The position numbers and the translations under genes are program-made. DNA of 64,000 nt. Source: Trichoplax adhaerens (taxonomy: Eukaryota > Animalia > Placozoa). The notes beneath the pieces were generated by a model that made no database searches, was not told where the DNA came from, and saw nothing but the letters and a program-made list of their open reading frames with translations. Shown one piece after another: positions 27,901 through 38,512 of the stretch (positions within the stretch are counted from its first letter, which is position 1; each line of letters begins with the position of its first letter). The DNA is taken from the NCBI RefSeq assembly GCF_000150275.1, contig NW_002060954.1, forward strand, positions 558,001-622,000, read 5' to 3'.

Positions 27901-29713
27901 TTGGTTAATTAATTAATTTAGCTATTTAAACGTTTTTATATAAATAATTTCACCATTAAAAATAGAACTTAGCATTTCTTCTCGAGTGACTGGAGCCCAC
28001 TGCTTATTTAAAATAAAATAATTTTTATCCTATAGAACTCTCTCTTACAATAAAATTAAAACTGTTACTGCCGATACCTTTCATCAATTATCTGGTCTAT
28101 TTACATTGTAAGAATTTAACTTTCTACTTTTTCTAAAGTGAAAGCCGATAAATAATATATTTCGAGATATATCTATTCCTAGAAAATTGGACTATAATAA
28201 TATTAGCACAGTAGCAGCTCGAAGTTTTGGAGCGATGCAACGTTTGACATCGATGTGAGTTAACGATTAAAATATCGTCATTCATATCAGCGTCTGTAAC
28301 CAAATTACTTTATTAATAGATGCTGTTACTGTAATGATCTAAGTTATCGCTCACTATTTCTATAATGGAAATCAAATCTTTTCGTTTATACGATATTACA
28401 GATATCTGAATAGCAATAACTTGATGGCCATCAAAAATGATACCTTTTCTGACGCCGTCAACATTGGATCTCTGTAAGTAAAAGATTTTAGAATATTTTA
28501 AACAGTTTCCTACATAAATTCAGAAATAATGAATTCTATCGGTTCTAGTAACCCTATTGCAATTGTTGTATTAAGGTAGTGCTAATAATTTAATAGATTA
28601 TCTTTCACTATCGATATTAGTTACTTACAAAATAATCAAATCAGAAATATTGACGATCGATCTTTCGCATCTATGAAAATGTTACGAACGCTGTAAGTGA
28701 TTAATTACCAGGTTATTATAATGCGTTTATCAGCTTTTTAATAATTGTACTGATTTTCCTTGATGAAAATATTGATATTGTGTGATGAATCTTGTTAGTG
28801 TACTATGTATATGTTAAGAATATTTTTAACATTCTTGATGATCACCACTAATTCCAACCAAAATTTCAAATCAAATCAAAATAAGAAATTTATCCTATAA
28901 CCAAATTTACGTGATTAATGATAAAACGTTTGCTGGTTTAGAAAATCTTAACACGATGTAAGAATTTTAATGTTTGAGAACTTAATAAGAATGGAGCGTA
29001 ATTTATGGCTTATTTTTCGATGACTTATATTGATGAGTGATGTAAAAATTACATGCTAATAGTATCAATTTATGCGTTTAATATTTAAAACTACAGAAAT
29101 CTGAATGCAAATCCACTGATATGCGTTTCGTCCAATGCATTTATCAACGCAACTAATCTGAGAGATGTGTATGTTGATTAATCATTTCTTTAATTTTTAC
29201 GCTAGCGTCTTTACGCATTCAATGTGGCGACTCACCTACAAGGGGGTTGATTTATTGTAGTGACTACTGCTAGATTACCATGATTTTCTTTTCTTAGGTA
29301 TGCCAACTTCAATCAAGTCTGCTGTGCTACACTCCCATCAACAACAGCATGCTCAGCAGGAAGCTGTGCCAATAATGCAACTATCTCCTGCAATAGTGTA
29401 ACAGTATCAAGTACTAGGTCAGTAGAAATAATCATAAACCTCTTAACAGCTGGATATTGTTATAATATGGATATATCTTCCTCTATTTGATAGACTGTAT
29501 GAGTAATAAAATTTGATGGCTAATTCAAGAAAAAATATTTTAATTTAGTTTTCAGTACTACTTGTACTTATGATTTAAATTCTTTGCGTTCGCGATAGAA
29601 TTACAATGATCGGAACTGGTACCATTGGAGCTGCAGTGTCGTCAAATATGTTAAATAGCGAGATCCCTGTAATTTTAGGTTCTCTAATATTAGCTTTGTT
29701 ACTGCAACGCTAA
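21992..29713 (+). CDS. Predicted GPI-anchored leucine-rich repeat cell-surface protein (~590 aa): signal peptide, LRRNT, 19 LRRs, Cys-rich cap, Ser/Thr stalk, GPI signal; 23 exons
   Basis: Signal exon 21992-22040 (MIPKFYIFLLVIYSLT+AWG); LRRNT exon 23035-23152 (QCPTQCSCPNSHTISCTG). LRR exons start at 23565, 23725, 24083, 24317, 24620, 24811, 24980, 25165, 25726, 25998, 26947, 27178, 27735, 28036, 28183, 28402, 28621, 28886 and 29097; each is 69-75 nt, phase 2-2, LxxNxI..F..L..L. Cap exon 29298-29417 (YANFNQVCCATLPSTTAC...). Last exon 29599-29713 ends IPVILGSLILALLLQR*. Confidence 0.9.
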
Positions 29714-30337
29714 TATTTTGTACGCTTTAATTTAGCAGAAGCCACGTTACTAAAAATCTGTGAGGCTAATAACGTCTCTACTGTAGATCAATTTCTTTAT
29801 GAATAGCCTTGCCAGATTGAGCTTACATATAAAGAATTTAGAATTTACGTCATTACTCATTAATACTTATATAATGCATACTTTCATCATTTCGCCTAAA
29901 CATTTTTAGTCATCGTGACTTCCTTATTTTCTGAGTGCGGTCGAGTTCTTTTTTGTTAGTTATTCGCGAGAATATAGCCATGCTTACGCTGTTACAAATA
30001 TTATAAGATAATCTATTAAATGTACGTGCTCAGTCTAGGTCTAGGTTGAGATCATCTCATAAATCTATCAAGCTATAGAAGTAATGCAGTAATTGACGAT
30101 AATTTTTAGCTAGTTATTATGCAGCTGCATACCCTGTATCGTTTAACTTGTCAGTATTTATTAATTCTACCTTATCCTTTCAAGTAGTTAAGAATAAAAT
30201 GGTATGTCATAAAAAAACTGCAATCTTAGTATTTTAGTAAATAAGTTATGCAATTGCTTTTAACTGATCCCCACAATAAAACACATGCCATTCCTTAAAC
30301 TATTAGTACAAAGTAATTTATGCAAAATAGCTCCATG

Positions 30338-30865
30338 CAGTACTGTACTGTACTGTACTGTAGGTGCCGATGTACTGTAATGTACAGTAGGTATACTGTA
30401 TTATGTTAGTTAAGCTGTCATTCGGTTTGCATGCGGTTCCAACCGAACCTTTGATATGTCTACCCTACTGATACATTTTAGATATGCCAATATTAAGTTT
30501 TTCTTTTTAGATATGTCAATACAGCATGCTGTAAACTGTACTGGACAGTGTACCGTATGTACAGTATAGTACAGTACAGCACCAAGCAATTTGGAGGTCT
30601 TCATGGTCTGGCCTGGATCTTGGTCAGTAGAATACTGTACTGTACAGTACAGTCGATAGAATGCAAAGATTACAGTACAGTGTACTGTACACTCTAGTGC
30701 ATCCGACTGTAAAGTGTACAGTACAGTACTGTACGTACAGTATACTGTACACTGTAGTAGAGACCCAAGTGTACAGTACACTGTACTGTACAGTGTACAG
30801 TACAGTGCAGTATGCAGTTACTGTAAGCCATAAACTCTAGGCAGTACAGTACTGTACTGTACACT
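30338..30865. repeat. (TACAG/CTGTA)n array upstream of GPR143
   Basis: Very dense pentamer units just before the probable 5'-UTR exon (donor at 31200, acceptor ending 31876). Confidence 0.85.
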
Positions 30866-31882
30866 AATAACAAAACACAACTTTGTTTGGTACTCGCCCT
30901 TATTTACTGTTTATGATCACCGTAATTGACAATCGAAAGGAAAGAAGTTGACGTAGAGTATGATGAAATTTAGCTAATTCAATTTTACAGCTTACTTTGG
31001 ATACTATGATAGCTAGAGAATTATAGTGTGCTGAGCTAAAGGCTCAACGGCAACGATAGAATCATCGGTTAGCGTTGGAGATAATAAAGTGATAATTTAC
31101 TGTCAACTATTATCTCTCATCAAGTACTTTTCATGACCTATCGACATTAGAAAGTGATACTGGATTTATCGTAAAATAACAAGTGCGGATGAAACGAAGG
31201 TAAGAATCAACTTTCGGATAATTGTACATCATGCATTTATCATCATAGCTTGAAATAATTTTAACGAATGACTCCTTCATTGGCTTTACGATACGCTATC
31301 TTCTAGTTTAATGATAATAATCATGAATCAGAAGTCCAATCTAAATTTTTATAACATACCTGGGGAGAGATAGTAAATAAAATAAAAAATACCATAGTAG
31401 ATATACGCGTGCTGTAGTGTACGCATATTCACGTTCTTTCAATCGAAATACAGTAAACCTGACTATCGAATAAGGGATAAAATAAAAATTATTAATTAAC
31501 TACATATTTGGAATTATATTTGATGATGTAATATTCTGCTATATTGTACGTATACAGTACAGTACTACCGGACAACTTACTCTTCTTTGTTAGTTGAACT
31601 CCTCGTATGGGATGAGTTTCCATTCTAAAGCAATACAGTAAGACAATTGTAATGTTAATAATTATAATTGATCGCTTAATCTCATTGCAGCTTGTATATT
31701 CCATACTTTCACAATTAGAATTTATAGCTATAGATGTTTCTCCTTTTACACTCTAAATACGACAAATTAAGGCGATTTAGCGATATTGTTCACCTTGAAG
31801 TATCCACTACAGTATGTAATCATACATCATTCCTTTTACTGATTTGCTTCTTTGGATATATTCTTTTCTTTTCTAGTTTACC

Positions 31883-34800
31883 ATGAGTTCCGTTCAGTTA
31901 GCACTTTTTTGTTGTGCTAATTCGTCTTTAAAAACGGATGATCTGATCAATTTCTATCCTTTTGCATACAACGGTCTATGTGCAGGAGTCAGTTTAATTA
32001 GTATGTTCGGCGCTCTCTACACCATTTTCCTTGGATATCGACATCAAAGCAATCAATCAAGATCGCCTGAAAACCATGGAGAGATTGATCAACATTCCAC
32101 GACACCATATAACAGTGATATTTGGGAGAGGAGTGCAGCATCTTCCAATCAGTCTGCTACCAACAACGAATCATATTTAAATCATCGTAAAATAATTTAC
32201 TGGTTAACAATTGCCGATTTCTTAGCTGTATCTGGTAAGATGATCTAGGGATAACGATAAGTCAATATTTTCACTTATTCTGTAATTATGCAATGTACTC
32301 GTTTAAATTTTCTGCAATGCAGGTCGATTTTTCCATATCCGTAATATGTAGCTTCCGTAAGCGATTTACGTACGGCATGGCAGCTAGTAATAACTGCAGC
32401 GGTTAATTTACTGGCGTAATTGCATGCTTTCGTGTAACGGTAACGAAATTATGACTGCTACGACCAATATCAGTCTATACGTTGTAGTGATAGGTTACGC
32501 TTAGATAGAATTGAGCCCACTGCATACTGTATGTACAGTACTACATAAATAGAATACATTTTACTTGTCTAAGAAGAGAATTTGCAGGCACAAAAATATT
32601 CACGGTCGTTCTACTACGTCATATCTCGCTCCAACGCGAATTTGAATCCTAGGAAATCTACTATATCGTACTACCTAATAATTGAAGACTACTGTTTCAG
32701 CCATACTCAGATTTTATATGATTAGTTTTACGTCTTTGCATGGCGTGACTTACTTCACTTCTCCTTTATTTTCAATAGCTGTGCTGATTAAATCTGTCCT
32801 ATGGATGGTACTGTTTAGAGGTTATATTTTGGAAATTCCTACACAAGACGGCTCCAGTGTAGGCAATTTACTCTGTGCTATACTAGCTGTAAGTCCATAT
32901 GCACTTATATAGTATATTCTTATGTAGCAATTCCCCGATTCATTGTTTTGTAATGTAATCATTTAGTAACAACGATATTTGTTCCTATCATAGTGCATAA
33001 GATTGTGTCATAATGTCAGGACACAGCTAACTGATACTGTACATAACTAATTGAGATGATGTAAAGTGATGATAAGATACCGTGCCATTTTAACTTTTGA
33101 TAAACCGCAAATTAGTCTTTATTAAGATCCATATCTGCACAATAGCAATTGTTGCACTTTGCAGGTAATGTACTAGAAACAATAAAATACCTCATTTCAC
33201 AGGACTTTCAGAGATTTGTTGATGATTTTATACAGTACAATGCATATCGCGTTCAGTTAAATATTAATATTCTAAAAGCACTAATCACATTCTTCGCATT
33301 ATACTGTAATGCTTACTTTTAAATTGATGCAGGTACTTGCATTGATTACATAGTATTAAGGTAATTACATTAACATCGGTGTAATAGATTGGTATCAATA
33401 CGCTTATCAAGATGTATTTTTGTAAAGAAAACTGATGTTAGTAATTGTGAATCAAATACAAGTTCATCTTGACCATTCTTTTGTTTTGTGCCTCAATTTG
33501 AAGTACCGTTACCGGAATAATATGAGTTTGTTTAACAATGAACCTAAAGAGACCTATTTTAAAAGCTCCACTATGATAGCTAGTAATAAGCGAGAAATAC
33601 TGGGAAATAGAATGAAAATCGGCGCAGTAAAGTTACTTTACTAGCTGTATATTAAAAGTAACACACAAACTGCGCCTGTAGAAAATCTTGCCTTAATTCA
33701 GTCTTAATTATTAAGACAAATTACTAAAATACACTGCTTACTTTTTACATAATATCGCAAAGCTCATATTTAAGTAAGGAAATTTACAATATACTGTAAT
33801 GAGATTATGAGTACGTAAACCTAAAATAAATAGTGTAATATTTCTTGTACAGACCGTAATACGCTTCTTCTACACTGCTACTTTCTTTTGGACATTATGC
33901 TACGCTGTGGAAGTCTACCGAAAAATCGTACGTAAAGATGAAAGGAAGTAAGTTTCAGAGTTTACTATCATTTCACATTTATTTTAACTGATCTTGTACA
34001 GCATGACTAGAAAGCCATACTTATGATTTATATCATAATACTTGTCATAGCTAGGGTAGCTAACGGAAACTTATTTCACCATATTTTAAAATCATGCAGT
34101 TATGCGATAACTCACTTTTCATTTTTGCTGTCATAGTTACCTGTATTATTACCAAATCTTTACATGGGGCCTTTCAACTGCCTTAGTCAGCGCTAGTGCG
34201 ATAACACTTTATAATCCTGGGTTAAAACGGTAAACTATTGATTAAGTCATTTAATATTCTAAGAGCTTATCATATAGGATATTTTTGCAATACATTAGGC
34301 AACACGGTACAAATATTTCACGTACTAAATTAGTCATGATGACTATAGTACCATATTTAACTGTACTACGAACTGTACATAACTTGTCAAATTGCCCTTC
34401 TAGAATTGAAGTGACAATCAACTGTACCATTACTTCTAAACAGAGCTGAAATAAATATACAAAATTATTCTCTTGCTATCCTACTAACCTCAATAATCTG
34501 ATTTACTTTATAAGGTGCTACAATAACATCGATTTGCTTTTGCTACTGTATATGACATGTTATTTGCCAGCTCTTTTGGTTATGATACTAATTCCAATTT
34601 TCTATTATTTTGTATCTCGAGAAGGTAACGTGAAATTTATCAATTCAGTATTGAGCTCATTGATTTCATTCTTTAACAGAAAGAGTAAATGTGGACATAA
34701 TATACTAGCGGATACTTTCATGCTCCCGTAACGAATATCGTGTTAATAATTAATCATAATGTAATGACGAGATATTCGTTGAATTCACTCAATCTATCAC

Positions 34801-35705
34801 ATAGCTTATTTTCTTTACTGTATCTGCTAATGTAATAGTGCATTCATCAAGAATAATTTTGTGCAACTTTTAGCTATCTTCGTAGACATAAAGAGACAAC
34901 TGCATGTTATAAAAATGTATACATAATAGTGAAAATTCTCAATAGACCAAATATTATTTTTTTGCTCATTTATGTCGCTAGTGCAACCTATGATTGCAGC
35001 TATCAATGGAGAATTCAATAATCAACTGCGTAAGAGAATAGAATCACTGCGGTGGAAGTTTCGGATGATTGTTATTATTTTTTATATTTGGTAGGTATCA
35101 ACTATTGATGTAAATTTCCATTAAGGATGTAGTTATTGAATACATAGCTTAAGTTTGCATGGACAAGCATCGCTGATATTTAAATTAATCCTATACAATA
35201 TAACGTAATAAAATTGTCGGAAATAACTGCAGCTATGACGGATAGATCTATATGCAGGAAAAAATGGAACAGAATGCATACTATACTAAGAGAAAATCAT
35301 CTATTTTTAAATTTGATTAATGGGTTTTACTTATTTTAATAGCTGGGTACCCAATATCATTGAATGTTTCTTTGTATATACCGATGCTCAAGATTTCAAG
35401 CTTGTATTATGGATGGTTATGGTTAGTCCTTTATTTTCTTTTCATCACATTGTTCCTTTAGGGATATTCTTTATTAAATGTAACTCTCAAGAAAGGTGCA
35501 AGGAAGATTATGTATCTTTTGTCATACAAATTAACATGACAGTTGGATTCGTATTTATTGTACGGTAATCATATAGGGTTTAGTAAATCCATTGCAAGCG
35601 TTGCTGAATGCCTTTGTTTACCGAACTGATACTCACCTAGTACCCGTAAGGAGATATAGAAGAGTTCCATTCAGTGATGGAGAAGAAAATTCAATAATTT
35701 CTTAA
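31883..35705 (+). CDS. GPR143: G protein-coupled receptor 143 (ocular albinism 1) orthologue, 8 coding exons
   Basis: The N-terminus MSSVQLALFCC...INFYPFAYNGLC matches OA1 MASPRLGTFCC...LSFQPRAFHALC. It continues ADFLAVSAVLIKSVLW, FYTATFFWTLCYAVEVY, YQIFTWGLS, LYNPGLKRC, YMTCYLPALLV, ICWVPNII, WMVMGLVNPLQALL, giving seven TM segments collinear with OA1. Exons: 31883-32234, 32779-32888, 33853-33947, 34137-34229, 34515-34624, 34982-35089, 35343-35421, 35577-35705. Confidence 0.92.
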
Positions 35706-36631
35706 CTTTTTCAATATGAGATGTTATAATGTGAAAGGAATCAAATCATATCTCCACACTATAGTTTAAACAAGTTTATAATTTTTCAATCTAAAATCTA
35801 TTAGTTTATTCCAAATATAAAGTGTTTGCCCTTTTAAATAGAAATTATTAAATGTTCAACCCTTTAACTTATTCTACGTGTAGAGTAATTAATTACGTAT
35901 TTCACTGTTAATGAATGTACTGTGTAATCTTTACAATTGATTCGATTTTATCTACCAATCAAATTAGATATACTATTTCACTTTTAATTCACCAATACAG
36001 TGCAACACTTGATTTTAAGTGGAGAACCTGAGAATATTTTAAGACCAACTATCTTAATGTTTATCAAAGCATGTATTGATTATTGTACTGTATATTGCAT
36101 TGTTCCAAAAGTTGTTAGTATGTACGACATTTTAATTCCGATAGTCTTTTTAGTGAAGTTTCTCAAATTTTTATCACATCATTGCTAAGAGAAACATTTA
36201 TTGATGTGTCTTACAAAGTAATGCATTCTTGTTATTTTTATTAAAACCTGCAGGAACGAAATGTGAAAAGATATCAATAAAATTTTTGGAGTTTTCTTCT
36301 CAGTTAAACTTTTGCTTCAGCCATAGTATAGTGACATACGGAATGTGCTATCCAAGATTTAGATTATTTAAATTGTAATACGAAATTTCGATGACTTAAT
36401 AATAAAGTTTCCAAACGATTCAATCTCATTTCAGCATGGTAAAAGATTGGTAGTCTGTAAAGTACAAAATATTTCAGCCGCAATAATATGATCTTCTTAT
36501 GGGCCTCATTTTAGATATGAAAAATTTCAATTTGGACCACGTTTAAACCAAATCTAATAAGGATAAGTGAAACACTTTCGTAATACACAATTACAGTATT
36601 TATGTTATACGGTATGTGTATAGGGATAACC

Positions 36632-37012
36632 GGATGAAAAGCACGTACAATTTAGCCCTCGGCGTTTTGTAGTAATGTCTAATAATATACGGTATACCAT
36701 TAGACATTGTTACGAAATGCCGAGGTATACAGTAAATTGTGCATGTCATTCCTTACAAGACATCCCTTAGGAATGACCGGTTGATCTTTAGACTGACTGT
36801 ACAATGTACATATCTACCGAAAGAGTTATAACTTTACTGTTACGATACACATTTATTCTTACTATGGACCTAATTAATCCACATTTCCACATTGGTTATC
36901 GCAAGATAAATCAGTCAGCGGTATTAACAGATACACGGTTAGTGCACTGGAATTGACTCGGACAATCCTTAGAATTGTCCTAAGGGGTATGTTGTAAGGA
37001 TTGACTTGTACA
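36632..37012. repeat. Overlapping inverted-repeat (palindromic/MITE-like) element between the convergent GPR143 and TRAFD1 genes
   Basis: A 27-bp stem at 36657-36683/36699-36725, plus a second inverted pair at 36738-36771/36979-37012. Confidence 0.75.
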
Positions 37013-38512
37013 TTGCTTAGGATTGTCTAATTCTAAGATTTGACAGCAGCAGACATATCAATTATCCTACTCAATACGCCGTAATATACCAATTTGTTGA
37101 TACATAGCTCTTAGTGATATGAAATACCTATACCTTGTCCTTGTTGGCCATCACTGGCAAACAAATATAACTAACCTAAGTTTATATCTTCATACGTTTC
37201 TATAACGGCGAAATGATAAACTTGAAACCATTTCTAGAATTACTGTCACTTAAAGGTCTCCACATATAATAACGTATAGTACTGTACCTTCCCCTAGTTT
37301 AATTAATTATAATTATCGGTATCTCTTACGTAGATTTGTGATAAGAAAACAACTTACAGTATATAGAGTTCAGCCCTTAAGGCAAAGTACATAAAAAGAG
37401 CTTGTTACTCTAGGCTTACAATTGGTGACTGATTTAATAAAAAGGTATAAAATTACAACACATAAGGAACTGCAGTTATGAAGTCTCAGAAAAAGTATAT
37501 CCTTCCGCTTGATATCGGCTCGGATTCATAAAAGTATTACTGTAGCGATTATTATTGATATTATTTCCAACTCGTGGTTACCAGTACACACTGAATGATA
37601 ACATAATTACATGTAAGCAAATTAATCGAGAATGACTAGTTAGCGAAGTAAACCTTTTACGACTTTGTAGTCATATCTAGGTATGAAGTACAAGTTAATT
37701 ATACGAAAAATTTCAGGGGTGCATCGTTGCAATAATGCCTATTGTAAAGCAATTGTTTCTATTAAAATAGTTTTCAAATACAGTAATACATCTACCAAGT
37801 ACTTTTAATAGTAAAAAGAAAATATGTTTGATACTAATTAGCCTTAAAATTGTCCATATTTGCAACTCATGAATTAGTTATAGCAGCCGCACTGTACAGT
37901 TTATAAATGAAATGTAAGCATGAATGAAAACGTCATATACAATATAACATACTTAATCAGCAAGTATAATACAAATTAGATTTTAGTCTTGTTAACGTAA
38001 TATACAGTAGCTGTTCTACTTTTATTAACGGTTACGGTTGATTCATAATTAAAATTAAGGCTAAAGGCACAGATATCATAAATACTATATTTTCCTTTAA
38101 CAAAGATAGTTCGCAAATCAACTGCTTTGTAGGGTGGTGACGCGTATGAAGATCTATAATATAAATACCCTCTTTCAAATATTTATGCCAAGATATGCAA
38201 ATTACAGCTAAATCTTACGATCATATATATCACCAGCCAACAGGCTCCAATGTTTTCATAAGTTACTTTGCTGTTAAACCACTCAATACAACATTTTTTA
38301 ATGTAAATCCGTAAAACTGTCTCTTTAAATACATATTGTTCACCTGGCACAAAGGCTTAACATAGAGAAATCTGTAAGTATTTTCAGAGATGTCTACTAC
38401 ATCTGCAATGATCATAAATATATCATTACCCCGTCCTTTATATGCTGCATGTAAATATATAACTTCAACAATATCGTATGCTCCTGTACTGTATCAAGCA
38501 GTTTCATTCCAT

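Noticed and set aside
29417-31885. Read-through fusion of the LGR-like ectodomain to the downstream 7TM (GPR143) to rebuild an LRR-GPCR
   Set aside because: The cap exon ends in phase 2. Splicing to the acceptor at 31876 gives AGT TTA CCA TGA, an immediate stop. GPR143 also has its own upstream array and a normal OA1 N-terminus.
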